NCBI GenBank assembly: GCA_963676355.1
Contig: OY781093.1
Span: 2,195,455 to 2,259,454 of the forward strand
Direction: 5' to 3'
DNA: 64,000 nt
Origin: Christensenellaceae bacterium
Lineage (GTDB): Bacteria > Bacillota > Clostridia > Christensenellales > UMGS416
The notes under the pieces were generated by a model that did not search any database, was not told where the DNA came from, and saw only the letters and a program-made list of their open reading frames with translations. The stretch's first letter is position 1. Every line of letters starts with the position of its first letter. The position numbers were made by a program, and so were the translations under genes. Below are positions 19,438 through 28,985 of this stretch, one piece after another.

Positions 19438-20244
19438 CTATATTAGTGTAATAGTCCCGATTGATAAACCACACTCACCTTTTGTTATCCTATAGGAGTG
19501 AAACTCATCTATATTGCACCCCGTGCAAATATCCGAATATGCAATATTGCTTCTTTTAATCCCTGAACTTAAAAGCTGCATCGTTAACACCTTCTTTAAA
19601 TCAACATGCGGCTTTTCATATCCTCGCTCTATTACGCCTTCGCCATAGCCTTCTGTAAATATTTCTGCCACTTCATCACCCACTTCAAAGCAACAGCTCT
19701 CAATTGACGGACCAATAGCCGACAACATATTTTCTGGGTTGCATCCGTATTCTTTTTCCATCTTATTAATTGTTTTTGCCACAATGTTCAATTCAGTGGA
19801 GCGCCATCCGCTGTGGATAAGTCCCACGGCTTTTTTCTTTGTGTCTAAAAGATATATTATCGGGCAATCAGCTGAAAACTTCACAAGGGTTACATTTTTC
19901 ATGTTCGTAATGAGTGCGTCAGCATGTGGAAGTTCACACTCCCGATCAACCATTCCACCGAAATCCTCTTTAGCTGCAATGTGTATAAAGTCTTTATGTA
20001 TTTGTTTTGTTAGAACCATGCTTTTTGTATTTATGTCCAAAGCATTTGCGTATCTTCGATAGTTTTCGACGACATTTTCTCTTTTGTCACCCGTAATAAA
20101 TGAAAAATTAAGCGACTCAAACCTACCTATGCTTACTCCGCCAAATCTTGTCGAAAATCCTGTTTTAACTAGTCCTGTGCGGTCTAAAACAGGAACAGTG
20201 TAAATTCTTACACCATTTTTTTCAAATCTTTTAAAATCACCCAT
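19438..20244 (-). CDS. pgeF: Peptidoglycan editing factor PgeF (YfiH/DUF152, laccase-domain protein)
   Basis: 268 aa with the conserved H/C motifs QIHKD, ADALIT, FSADCPI and HSGWR. Confidence 0.85.
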   Translation of the reverse strand: MGDFKRFEKNGVRIYTVPVLDRTGLVKTGFSTRFGGVSIGRFESLNFSFITGDKRENVVENYRRYANALDINTKSMVLTKQIHKDFIHIAAKEDFGGMVDRECELPHADALITNMKNVTLVKFSADCPIIYLLDTKKKAVGLIHSGWRSTELNIVAKTINKMEKEYGCNPENMLSAIGPSIESCCFEVGDEVAEIFTEGYGEGVIERGYEKPHVDLKKVLTMQLLSSGIKRSNIAYSDICTGCNIDEFHSYRITKGECGLSIGTITLI

Positions 20245-20246
20245 AG

Positions 20247-20699
20247 TTAATCGTCAGAGAGTTTATTAAGCTCTGCCTTGAATGAGTTTATATCTTCAAA
20301 ATGTCTGTATACAGACGCAAATCGAACATAAGCTACTTGATCCAACTTTTTAAGCTCATCCATGATTTTCTCGCCAATATCATGGCTTGTAATTTCCTGA
20401 TTCAATGAGTTGTATACCATTTTTTCGACGTTAGTAACTATATTGTCGATTTCTTGAGCACTTACTGGACGTTTCTCGCAAGCCTTAATGAGTCCGTCTT
20501 TAATCTTTGCAGAATTAAATGGTTGGCGCTCGCCATCTTTTTTGACAACCAAAACAATTGGGTTTTCAATTTTCTCGTAAGTGGTGAACCGTTTCCCACA
20601 GTTCATGCACTCGCGACGACGTCTGATAGCCCATGCGTCTTCAGTAGGTCTCGAGTCGACAACTTTACTTTCGTCGTGATTGCAATACATGCATCTCAT
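20247..20699 (-). CDS. nrdR: Transcriptional repressor NrdR
   Basis: Start taken at MRCMYCNHDESKVVDSRP (zinc ribbon CxxC...CxxC) followed by an ATP-cone. Confidence 0.9.
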   Translation of the reverse strand: MRCMYCNHDESKVVDSRPTEDAWAIRRRRECMNCGKRFTTYEKIENPIVLVVKKDGERQPFNSAKIKDGLIKACEKRPVSAQEIDNIVTNVEKMVYNSLNQEITSHDIGEKIMDELKKLDQVAYVRFASVYRHFEDINSFKAELNKLSDD

Positions 20700-20752
20700 A
20701 GCTTCCTCCAAGGATATATTAATAAATTTTATAGTTTATATAGTAGTAGTTC

Positions 20753-22192
20753 TTAATCGTCCCGCGTGTTTATTATCATTGGATCTATAACTGTAGTTGT
20801 TTCATTCCAAACCTCCGCAAGCCTTAGCTTTGCACTTTCAGGCAGTGCGTTTAATAATTCAGGATTGTTTAGATATTTACCCACTGGAAGTATTCTGAAG
20901 TTTTTGTCAGTGCCTTCTGTTTCATCCATTGAAACCCAAGTCGGCACATAGTCCACGCCAGTAAAAGTTACCTCGCCAGTCTTATTGTCTTTTCTGTAGT
21001 GAATGTTTAGTATCATTCCTGCGTCTTTATACGGTGCACGCTGGTTTGAGATGAAGTTGCCTAAAGAATAGGCCACAACTCTTTGCTTTGTTTTGCCTCG
21101 CTCTGCTTTCACAGCCAACACTTTTGCCTGCTGAATAACATGCGACTTAGTCCCGAGTATAATGTCTGCATCTTGCTCAAGCACATATTGTGCGATGTCG
21201 CGCATTTCATCAGTAGGCCTGCGCTCATATTCCTCTCCCCAATGAAGACAAACTATTACAACCTCAGCTCCTCTTTGCTTTGCAAGTTCAATATTGTCTC
21301 TAATCCTAGATTTTCTGATATATTTAATACAAAAATCCAGTCTGTTTGCCGAAATCTTGTCTTTCTCAAACACTTCGTCCGTAAAAGATAATATCGCAAC
21401 CTTAAGCCCGCTTACATTTAGTATAAGAGGATCATAATAGTCATTTTCATTAAGATAAGTGCCAGTTGTGCTTATTCCGGCATCTCGTATTTTTTTATTT
21501 GTTCTTTCAAGCCCTATCCATCCGTAATCGAATATGTGTGTGTTACCCGTTGTCAGAACATCAAAGCCCGCGTTATATAATGCAGTTAGCATTGAATCCG
21601 GAGTATTAAACAGCGGATTTCCCGCATAACCATATTCTTCTCCTGCAAAAGTTGTCAAAATGGATCCTATTACCAAGTCCGATTTTTGAAGCGTTGGCGC
21701 GATTTCCGTGAAATTATGGCTAAAATCGTATGTTCCCGTGTTTGCGTCATATGCATCATCAAGCTGCGACTGATGGACCATTATATCGCCAACTGCGCTT
21801 ATTGTTATATCCGCGATTTCAGGCGGTGGCGTCGGTGAGACTACAGGCGTTGGAGATACAGTTGGCACCGGAGTTTGTGTCAATGCAGGTGTCGGTGTAT
21901 TTGTCGCCATTTTAGTAGGCAATGGTGTTGGTGTTCCATTCACTTGCTCTATTGTCTTGTTAGACAAGTTAATAATATTATCCCAGTTTAAAAATGCGTA
22001 TATGCCCACGGCAACTATTACAACAATCATAAATATCGCAATAATTGCACCCACCGGACTGCGTTTTTCTCTTTTAGGCAAAGGAATGGCAGCTCTTGAT
22101 GTGTTATCATCCAAAGTTGAGTATCTTCCTGTTTTGCTTTTTCCGCGTTCCGAATAGTTGTTTGAGTCTTTTTTAGGCATCAATAACCTCAA
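20753..22192 (-). CDS. CapA-family (PGA_cap metallophosphatase-like) membrane-anchored protein with a Pro/Thr-rich linker
   Basis: N-terminal TM helix, a TPTPxPT-rich linker, then a GDIMVH... calcineurin-like domain. Confidence 0.7.
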   Translation of the reverse strand: MRLLMPKKDSNNYSERGKSKTGRYSTLDDNTSRAAIPLPKREKRSPVGAIIAIFMIVVIVAVGIYAFLNWDNIINLSNKTIEQVNGTPTPLPTKMATNTPTPALTQTPVPTVSPTPVVSPTPPPEIADITISAVGDIMVHQSQLDDAYDANTGTYDFSHNFTEIAPTLQKSDLVIGSILTTFAGEEYGYAGNPLFNTPDSMLTALYNAGFDVLTTGNTHIFDYGWIGLERTNKKIRDAGISTTGTYLNENDYYDPLILNVSGLKVAILSFTDEVFEKDKISANRLDFCIKYIRKSRIRDNIELAKQRGAEVVIVCLHWGEEYERRPTDEMRDIAQYVLEQDADIILGTKSHVIQQAKVLAVKAERGKTKQRVVAYSLGNFISNQRAPYKDAGMILNIHYRKDNKTGEVTFTGVDYVPTWVSMDETEGTDKNFRILPVGKYLNNPELLNALPESAKLRLAEVWNETTTVIDPMIINTRDD

Positions 22193-22435
22193 TATATTGT
22201 ATCATTCCAGATATTATAACACATTTATTTTTTTATTTTAAATTTATTTTACAATAGTTATACATGAAATATATGATTAACCGCATATATGGATTTTATA
22301 TTACAATTAACTTATTAAAAAAGATTCTAATAAATAGTATAACAAGTTGTTATACCGTGATGAAATTATTATTTATGTGATGCCATATGATAATTTCTTT
22401 AAAATATACGCTGCCTTAATGTGCTACATTTAAGT

Positions 22436-24241
22436 CTAATTACCCATAACTACATCAAAGATTTTTTCTGCGAGGCGTTTAACAGCTGCGTCACCGTAGC
22501 TTTTATAAGATTCGCTTGAGGTTATGAATAGCCCATCAACTACAATCTTTGAGCTGTCAGCTTTCCCGTCGGCAGCAGTTATACTGGATCTATTAGCAGC
22601 ATTTGCTGCAATAGAATGCCCTTCAATCAAATCATCCACCGATGCAAGCACAATGCTTCCAGCGCACATAGAAGAAATATACACTGAATTGTCATAGCAC
22701 ATGTTTAAAAGCTCCTTAACGCCTTTTGTATACGGCAGAGTTCTGTGGTGTTTTCCTGCAGGGATAAAAATAACATTATATTGCGATATATTGTCTTGGT
22801 TAATTTCAGATATATTTATATCAGGAGTGAGCGGCACATTGTCATGATTAGGGCAGGAATCCAACGCTTTTTTATCAGAGGCACCTACAGTAACTACCTC
22901 AAATCCTAACTCTTCAAGCTCGCCTTTCATACTAAAGTATGCATTCCCGAACTCATCGCCTAAAAGAATCATAGCCTTTAAGTAGCCGTTGGAATCATTG
23001 TTTGAAAATTGTTCTTCTGTATCCCAGATAGTATCAAAATCAAGTTCATCCAGCCAATTTAAGTACCCTTTGCTGAGTTCTGCTTTTGATAGTCCCAGAA
23101 CCTTCTTTATTACTTCATCAGCTGTTTTTTGGTTATTATATTCAAAATCAGGATTTAGCGTGCTGTCATGAAAAGGTTTTTTACCTGCTTCTGTGAAAAT
23201 TCCAATGAGTTTGTCGCGCCCATAGACTTCGCAGATATATCGCACAAACATATAGCTCGTATTATAAAATCTAACTATTTCTTCCTCTGTCAGGTCAGTA
23301 TTCAGATTAGTTTCTTCTAAATTTTTAATAGTAAAATAAACACCGTCTTTATCAATTTTCGACAGCATTGAAGAGTTTTCTGCGCCATAATAAGCACTGC
23401 CATCATACATAGCTATGCCTTCCAAAATCCATACAGGCAGGTTGTTATTGCACATCCTTATGCTAATGTGATGTACTAATTCATGCTGCACTACGCCAGC
23501 ATATGCTTCATACTTAATTGGATGTCCTGTATACATCTTTAACGATTCATCAGGCTCAGACCATCCTGTAAACAGCCATGGATTTGCAGGAATTGATCGT
23601 TGACGCAGCATTTCCTGATCAGAGAATAGTTTCATTTCATAATCATCAACAGGTTTAAGCTCATAAATACCATCTAAATTATCAAAAGCATCGTTAAGCA
23701 TTTGTGTAAACTCATCGAGTTTATTTTCGTCTTTCATATATTTCACTATAAATCTATCACTTTTAGATTCAAGAAAATTAAAGCCATAATCCATCCATTC
23801 TCCATCTTCTAGGATAAACTTTAGCGAATAAGTAAAGTCAAAATTCTCACCCATAAAGTGTTTCTGACGGATATCAACATAAGCCATGTCTTCGCCCACT
23901 AATTCAACAGATAAAAGCTCAAGCTTAATTTTAGATATCCTTTCATCAATCATATTGGTAAACCAGCGCTCTTGCTCATTAAAGTAAAACTGATTATTTT
24001 TTCCTATTCTGCTCATGTAAGCGTCATAGTCTTTTTCTTTAAGCGCTTTAACTCTCTCATCTAAAATGCTACTGAAAGCATCCTCTGCAGTTTCTACTGA
24101 GAATTGATTTACAGCGTCAGTAGAGATCACATTGGGTGCCGAAGTGGGATTAATGTCACTTGGTTTACTTGCACATCCGGACAAAACTAAAATCACAGCT
24201 GTGAGTATTAAGCCGATTGTTGTAGCTTTACTTCTATTCAT
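22436..24241 (-). CDS. Lipoprotein with an HExxH metalloprotease-like domain fused to a C-terminal DJ-1/PfpI domain
   Basis: Start trimmed to the ATG at 24241 (8-nt overlap with the padR stop). Signal peptide plus lipobox LVLSGC. HELVHH zinc motif. C-terminal DJ-1/PfpI-like nucleophile elbow SSMCAGS. Confidence 0.6.
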   Translation of the reverse strand: MNRSKATTIGLILTAVILVLSGCASKPSDINPTSAPNVISTDAVNQFSVETAEDAFSSILDERVKALKEKDYDAYMSRIGKNNQFYFNEQERWFTNMIDERISKIKLELLSVELVGEDMAYVDIRQKHFMGENFDFTYSLKFILEDGEWMDYGFNFLESKSDRFIVKYMKDENKLDEFTQMLNDAFDNLDGIYELKPVDDYEMKLFSDQEMLRQRSIPANPWLFTGWSEPDESLKMYTGHPIKYEAYAGVVQHELVHHISIRMCNNNLPVWILEGIAMYDGSAYYGAENSSMLSKIDKDGVYFTIKNLEETNLNTDLTEEEIVRFYNTSYMFVRYICEVYGRDKLIGIFTEAGKKPFHDSTLNPDFEYNNQKTADEVIKKVLGLSKAELSKGYLNWLDELDFDTIWDTEEQFSNNDSNGYLKAMILLGDEFGNAYFSMKGELEELGFEVVTVGASDKKALDSCPNHDNVPLTPDINISEINQDNISQYNVIFIPAGKHHRTLPYTKGVKELLNMCYDNSVYISSMCAGSIVLASVDDLIEGHSIAANAANRSSITAADGKADSSKIVVDGLFITSSESYKSYGDAAVKRLAEKIFDVVMGN

Positions 24242-24809
24242 CTTTAATATCCTCCCCGTACTTTTGCTTATAGTCTTCAAGTATCTCGATGCATTCTTGT
24301 GCCCATTTAAGCCTTGCTTCATTAAGATATATCCCTTTTTTTGTTGTTATATAAATCATCAATTCACGTCTTGTAGGTTTTGGTCGCTCAGTCTCCATGC
24401 GTATTTTGTCTTTATTGTAATCATCAAGTATTTGTTGTTGAAATTCGAGAGCTCGTTGCGCTTTATCAATTACCTCATCAATTGGCAAAAGTGCACTAAA
24501 ATAAAACTTCATCAGCGATTCATCACGGTAATTGAAGTCAAGAGTGTCTTCCATAAGCCATTGTTTTAGTTCGTCCAGTCCCTTTTGTGTGATGTGATAA
24601 TATTTGCTCGGAGGTGCGATGGGACTTGTTCGATTTTCTACTTCAACCAGCCCTTCTTCTTGAAGCTTTTTAAGTGTAGGATATAGCTGTCCATAGCTGA
24701 TTTTCCAAAAATGGCATAAAATTCGGTCTACCCACCTTTTCATCATATAGCCATTCATAGGCTGCGTGGATAGTATGCAAAGCAGTGTATATGAGGTAGT
24801 ATTTCTCAT
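24234..24809 (-). CDS. PadR family transcriptional regulator
   Basis: N-terminal winged helix (YTLLCILSTQPMNGY...ISYGQLYPTLKKLQEEGLV) and a C-terminal PadR_C-type helical domain. Confidence 0.85.
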   Translation of the reverse strand: MRNTTSYTLLCILSTQPMNGYMMKRWVDRILCHFWKISYGQLYPTLKKLQEEGLVEVENRTSPIAPPSKYYHITQKGLDELKQWLMEDTLDFNYRDESLMKFYFSALLPIDEVIDKAQRALEFQQQILDDYNKDKIRMETERPKPTRRELMIYITTKKGIYLNEARLKWAQECIEILEDYKQKYGEDIKDE

Positions 24810-24817
24810 CTTTAACC

Positions 24818-24838
24818 CCTATATCTTTTAGATATAGG
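24818..24838. promoter_or_regulatory. Inverted repeat CCTATATCT-TTT-AGATATAGG overlapping the padR ribosome-binding site; candidate PadR operator
   Basis: Perfect 9-bp arms, 9-30 nt upstream of the padR ATG. Confidence 0.4.
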
Positions 24839-25017
24839 TATTTTATCACTATTAGTAATTAATTACAATTAAATTTTATGATCTATAATAATAACTTTGT
24901 ACGCTTCATTTCAGCTCATAGCTTATTGGACTCTGCATCCCATGCTATCGCATGCTCCTCCCACATCTTTTGCAATTAAAATATTCGAAGCATCGTGTTT
25001 AATAATAATTAAGCACT

Positions 25018-25049
25018 AAAAAAGCAGATACCATTGGTATCTGCTTTTT
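25018..25049 (-). terminator. Rho-independent terminator directly after tRNA-Val (bidirectional shape)
   Basis: AAAAAA-GCAGATACC-ATT-GGTATCTGC-TTTTTT. Confidence 0.85.
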
Positions 25050-25125
25050 TGGTGGGACTTATTGGACTCGAACCAACGACTTCTTCGATGTGAACGAAGC
25101 GCTCTACCAGCTGAGCTAAAATCCC
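25050..25125 (-). tRNA. tRNA-Val (anticodon CAC), CCA encoded
   Basis: Manual cloverleaf: acceptor GGGATTT/AAGTCCC, D-arm GCTC-AGCTGGTA-GAGC, anticodon stem CTTCG/CGAAG with loop TTCACAT, T-arm GTTGG-TTCGAGT-CCAAT, discriminator A, CCA. Confidence 0.9.
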
Positions 25126-25137
25126 TCGTGTTTATAT

Positions 25138-25166
25138 ATTCTATATTAAATTGATTGTCTTGGCAA
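25138..25166 (-). promoter_or_regulatory. Sigma-A type promoter for the tRNA
   Basis: Minus strand TTGCCA, 17 nt, TAGAAT, ending about 12 nt before the tRNA 5' end. Confidence 0.5.
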
Positions 25167-25170
25167 GAAT

Positions 25171-25812
25171 TTAATCATCCCAACATACATATTTTTTGTT
25201 TAATAATTTCATTTCATGGCTTCCGCTTGTAATGGATGAAATTAACTCATTAACCTTATCTATATCACCATATCTTGCTGTCAATTCCATACTAACTTTT
25301 TCTGAATATTTGATATTTCCATATTTAAAATCAGAATTATTCAGAGCATATTCAATTTTACCCTGATATGTATAATCAAAAGATATCTCATATACTTCAC
25401 TCAATAGATATTCACTGGGTGAAGCGAGATTGACTGCTTTTGCAGCTGAGTTTGAAAAAGCTCTTGCCAATCCACCCATGCCAAGCTTTGTGCCTCCAAA
25501 ATAGCGCACCACAGCACATACAGCTCCTATAATCTTTTGCATTTTTAAAACTTCAAGTATCGGCATTCCGCCTACTGGCTCATGTCCGTCCTCAAATTTT
25601 TGTACTTGTCCTGACAATCCGCATATATAAGCATGACATATGCAAGAGGAATCGGGATGCCTCTTATGGACATCGGCAATAAAATTTTTCGCCTCCTCCT
25701 CAGTCAAAGCAGGCGCAGCATAACCAATAAACCGAGATTTGCTTATAACAATTTCTTCGGTTTCAGAGGTTTGTTTTAAACTTTTGTAAGATATAATCTC
25801 TTTGTTTGCCAT
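25171..25812 (-). CDS. yigZ: YigZ / IMPACT family protein (UPF0029)
   Basis: 213 aa with KSRFIGYA, HPDSSCICHAY and RYFGGTKLG motifs. Confidence 0.8.
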   Translation of the reverse strand: MANKEIISYKSLKQTSETEEIVISKSRFIGYAAPALTEEEAKNFIADVHKRHPDSSCICHAYICGLSGQVQKFEDGHEPVGGMPILEVLKMQKIIGAVCAVVRYFGGTKLGMGGLARAFSNSAAKAVNLASPSEYLLSEVYEISFDYTYQGKIEYALNNSDFKYGNIKYSEKVSMELTARYGDIDKVNELISSITSGSHEMKLLNKKYVCWDD

Positions 25813-25822
25813 AATTAAATAA

Positions 25823-25841
25823 AGCCCGATTAAATCGGGCT
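25823..25841 (-). terminator. Hairpin AGCCCGAT-TTA-ATCGGGCT after tyrS with an imperfect U-tract
   Basis: Read directly from the sequence; followed on the minus strand by TTATTTAATT. Confidence 0.5.
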
Positions 25842-25846
25842 AAAGT

Positions 25847-27070
25847 CTATTTTATCACTACTCTATGGAATACTTTTTTGCCCTTTCTAATTAAAAGCTC
25901 TCCGCTCTCAGGCAAAGGTACAACATAATTTGCATCGGTTATTTTTTCATCGTCCACTCTGACTCCGCCCTGTTGAACAAGCCTTCTGCCCTCTCCATTT
26001 GACTTTGTAAGCCCACATTTAACCATTAACTGCAAAAGACCGGCATTCTCATTAAACTCGGCAGCTGTAAGCTCGGTAGAAGGAGTTTCATCCATGTTTC
26101 CGCCGCCGCCAAACAGCGCGTTTGTAGCTGCCTCTGCTTTCTTGGCTTCATCTTCTCCATGAACTAGCTTTGTAACTTCAAATGCAAGTACTTTCTTTGC
26201 CTCATTTATCTGAGCATCTTTAAGAGCACTAAGTCTTTTTACTTCATCCATCGGTATAAACGTTAGCATTGACAGACAGTTTTCAACATCAGCATCATCC
26301 ACATTTCGCCAGTATTGATAGAACTCATACGGGCTTGTTCTCTCAGGTGAAAGCCACAATGCGCCGGATTCTGTTTTGCCCATCTTTTTGCCCTGCGCTG
26401 TTAAAAGCAAGGGGAATGTACAAGCGAATGCCGGCTTTTGTTCTTTCCTGCGAATCAAATCAGCTCCTGCCAAGATGTTGCTCCATTGGTCATCGCCGCC
26501 CATTTCAAGTTTACAATCATATTCTTTGTTTAAGTGCAGGAAGTCATATGCCTGCATAATCATATAGTTAAATTCTAAAAACGAAAGTCCTTTTTCAAGT
26601 CTTTGCTTGTAGCACTCGGCTGTAAGCATGCGATTAACCGAAAAATTTGCACCAACTTCGCGAAGGAATTCTACATATTTTTTCTCAAGCAGCCAGTCCC
26701 CGTTATTTACCATAAGCGCCTTGCCTTCGGAGAAATCCAACACTTTGGCAAACTGTTTTTTTATACTTTCAACGTTGGCAGCAATCTCATCAACCGTAAG
26801 CATTTTTCGCATATCACTTTTACCTGAAGGATCGCCTACCATTGCAGTTCCGCCACCCATTAAAGCAATGGGTCTGTGTCCTGCCCTTTGCATGTGCGCC
26901 ATCACCATCATCGCAACATAATGTCCCACATGCAGGCTGTCTGCTGTCGGATCAAACCCTATATAAAAAGAAACGCTTTCTTTGCCAAGCAATTCATACA
27001 AATCTTCCTCAAAAGTTATCTGTTTTACTAAGCCTCTTTCCTTAAGCGTATCTAATACATTCGTCATCAT
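25847..27070 (-). CDS. tyrS: Tyrosine--tRNA ligase
   Basis: HIGH-type motif LHVGHY, KMSKS-type motif KMGKT, and a C-terminal S4 domain. Confidence 0.95.
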   Translation of the reverse strand: MMTNVLDTLKERGLVKQITFEEDLYELLGKESVSFYIGFDPTADSLHVGHYVAMMVMAHMQRAGHRPIALMGGGTAMVGDPSGKSDMRKMLTVDEIAANVESIKKQFAKVLDFSEGKALMVNNGDWLLEKKYVEFLREVGANFSVNRMLTAECYKQRLEKGLSFLEFNYMIMQAYDFLHLNKEYDCKLEMGGDDQWSNILAGADLIRRKEQKPAFACTFPLLLTAQGKKMGKTESGALWLSPERTSPYEFYQYWRNVDDADVENCLSMLTFIPMDEVKRLSALKDAQINEAKKVLAFEVTKLVHGEDEAKKAEAATNALFGGGGNMDETPSTELTAAEFNENAGLLQLMVKCGLTKSNGEGRRLVQQGGVRVDDEKITDANYVVPLPESGELLIRKGKKVFHRVVIK

Positions 27071-27097
27071 AAATCTCCTAAAATTGTTATTTCACTT

Positions 27098-27125
27098 ATT
27101 ATACACTATCAGTCTTTTTAGTCAA
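27098..27125 (-). promoter_or_regulatory. Sigma-A type promoter for tyrS (short leader, no T-box)
   Basis: Minus strand TTGACT, 16 nt, TATAAT. Confidence 0.5.
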
Positions 27126-27154
27126 CGGCTGTATAGGTATGTAAAGTTGTTTAT

Positions 27155-28405
27155 CTATTTGAAAAACTCTGGAATCACTAAAATTCTATTATAATATATC
27201 TTCTCCAAAAACTGCATTGTCTGCATATTTCTAAGCGTTCCGAAAGCGAGACCAATAACTGAAGCAATTATAAAATAAATCGCATAATCTTTAAAGTATT
27301 CCAATATAGTTGTCCTATAGTTGCTGCTTAAGAAATATAGAAAGATAATAGCAGCAGACAAACACATAATAAAATACCCTATCCATCTAAAATGATCACA
27401 TCCGAATAAGGATGAAGTAAGAGGTGCAAGGCATGAACCCATCACCAAAATTAATGAGATTTTTTCCATCTTTGATGCTGCTTGCTTAATAAACTTCACA
27501 AATAATCCGCCAAAAAGTATTATAGTAGGCGATAAAACAACATATGTTAAAATCATTAAATTTCTTGTGTCATCGGTAAAAAGATACTGTACTCTTTCAA
27601 CCTTCATTGATAAATCATCCACCACAATGTCACGTGCCACAGAAATCATTCCGTCTCTTAAGCTCTCCTCTAAGTTTTGTTGCATAATGAGAGTAAATTT
27701 TTCACGACTTAGGTCTGTTTTGCCCAATAATATTACGGCAACAAAAAAGACTAAAATCGGAATGTAATAGAAATAAAGTGATTGTAAGTTTATCTTCTCA
27801 GATTTTCTGTTATCCCTTAAAAAAAGCAAGGCAAACAGCAAAGAACCAAATGCTACAGCAAAAACTTCATGAATCATGATAGCGATGAATGAAACAGGAA
27901 CGAGGATAAAATATTTTTTTGTGCCTTCTGTTTTATAGGCTACAAAAATACACAAAATAGCTATTAAAACCACTAGGCTATCCAGCCTTGCAAACATCTG
28001 ACCATTTATGAACCACCTCACATTACTAGGCTGTGAGATTAGAAATAATATAAATAGAAATGCAGAAATGCTTTTAGATTTTTTTATAATATTAATATTT
28101 ATAAACACAAAAACAGCGGCCAGCATAAAATATAAAGCCGCACTCAATAAATAAACTTGTTTAAAAGTAATTGTTCCTACAAAAAGTTTAAGAAGTGTTC
28201 CTGCAAGTCCCCTTACGATAAACCCAGTGTCATAAGTAAGCCCCCAGTTGCACATGCTCCATATATCAATATATCCGCTTTTAGGAAGCGGAAACAAATC
28301 TGCAGTAAACATAACTACTAAAGTAAAAAAAGAGACAGCAATAAATATACCTTTTCTGCTATTCCCGCTTTCACGGCTATTCTCTTTTATCATTTTATCC
28401 GACAA
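27155..28405 (-). CDS. Polytopic membrane protein of unknown function (about 10-12 TM)
   Basis: 416 aa, very hydrophobic and AT-rich. I recognise no motif. Confidence 0.5.
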   Translation of the reverse strand: MSDKMIKENSRESGNSRKGIFIAVSFFTLVVMFTADLFPLPKSGYIDIWSMCNWGLTYDTGFIVRGLAGTLLKLFVGTITFKQVYLLSAALYFMLAAVFVFININIIKKSKSISAFLFILFLISQPSNVRWFINGQMFARLDSLVVLIAILCIFVAYKTEGTKKYFILVPVSFIAIMIHEVFAVAFGSLLFALLFLRDNRKSEKINLQSLYFYYIPILVFFVAVILLGKTDLSREKFTLIMQQNLEESLRDGMISVARDIVVDDLSMKVERVQYLFTDDTRNLMILTYVVLSPTIILFGGLFVKFIKQAASKMEKISLILVMGSCLAPLTSSLFGCDHFRWIGYFIMCLSAAIIFLYFLSSNYRTTILEYFKDYAIYFIIASVIGLAFGTLRNMQTMQFLEKIYYNRILVIPEFFK

Positions 28406-28406
28406 T

Positions 28407-28985
28407 CTATTCTCCTAAAAGCTTTGAGTTCCACAAGTCTACTCTGCTGGTCGATATCCCTATAGCACCGGCTTTCAGCGCGTTTGAAGCTTCCGACAAT
28501 TCTGTTATCATTCCACCCGCGATTACCTGCTGCTTTACGTTTTTACGTATTTCTGAGATTGCTTTGGAAATTACTCCAGGCACCACTTCAACAATGTCCG
28601 GATCTGCAGAATTTATCATTTTTATTCCTGAAACAATTGATGTTGAGTCAAGCAAGAATATCCTTTGCACTGTAGTAAGTCCGTCATCTTTAGCGCATTT
28701 AATGAGTCCTTTTCGCGTGGTTATAATGCCGTCTGGCTTCCACTTTCTGGAGATAAACTTAACAGCGGCTTTGTCAGCCCCCAATCCATTTATCATATCA
28801 ATATGTACAAATACAGCCTTCCCCGCATCTTTTAGTGTGCCCAAAATTTTAGGAACAGTAAGAATATCCCCGCCCAAAATAAAACAAACCTGCGGATTGT
28901 TATTGGCTGCAAGTTGAGCGCTCTGCGTATCTTTTAGTGCTGCTATTACGGGACATTCCTTTAATTTTCGAATCATCCTACTCAT
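28407..28985 (-). CDS. glpP: Glycerol-3-phosphate responsive antiterminator GlpP family
   Basis: 192 aa; PVIAALKD..., VFVHIDMINGL and GIITTR match the G3P_antiterm family pattern. Confidence 0.7.
   Translation of the reverse strand: MSRMIRKLKECPVIAALKDTQSAQLAANNNPQVCFILGGDILTVPKILGTLKDAGKAVFVHIDMINGLGADKAAVKFISRKWKPDGIITTRKGLIKCAKDDGLTTVQRIFLLDSTSIVSGIKMINSADPDIVEVVPGVISKAISEIRKNVKQQVIAGGMITELSEASNALKAGAIGISTSRVDLWNSKLLGE

Noticed and set aside
20699-20711. N-terminal extensions of several track ORFs: nrdR MEEA-, asp23 MFNGGEI-, pyrE MMGEI-, rluD 22 aa, yqeG 13 aa, the lipoprotein 27 aa, and the nucleotidyltransferase 17 aa
   Set aside because: In each case an internal ATG has a proper SD and/or a stop-start overlap with the upstream gene, and it matches the usual family N-terminus.
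27071-27154. Looked for a T-box leader upstream of tyrS
   Set aside because: Only 84 nt separates tyrS from the upstream gene, and a promoter occupies most of it. I saw no specifier hairpin or T-box sequence.
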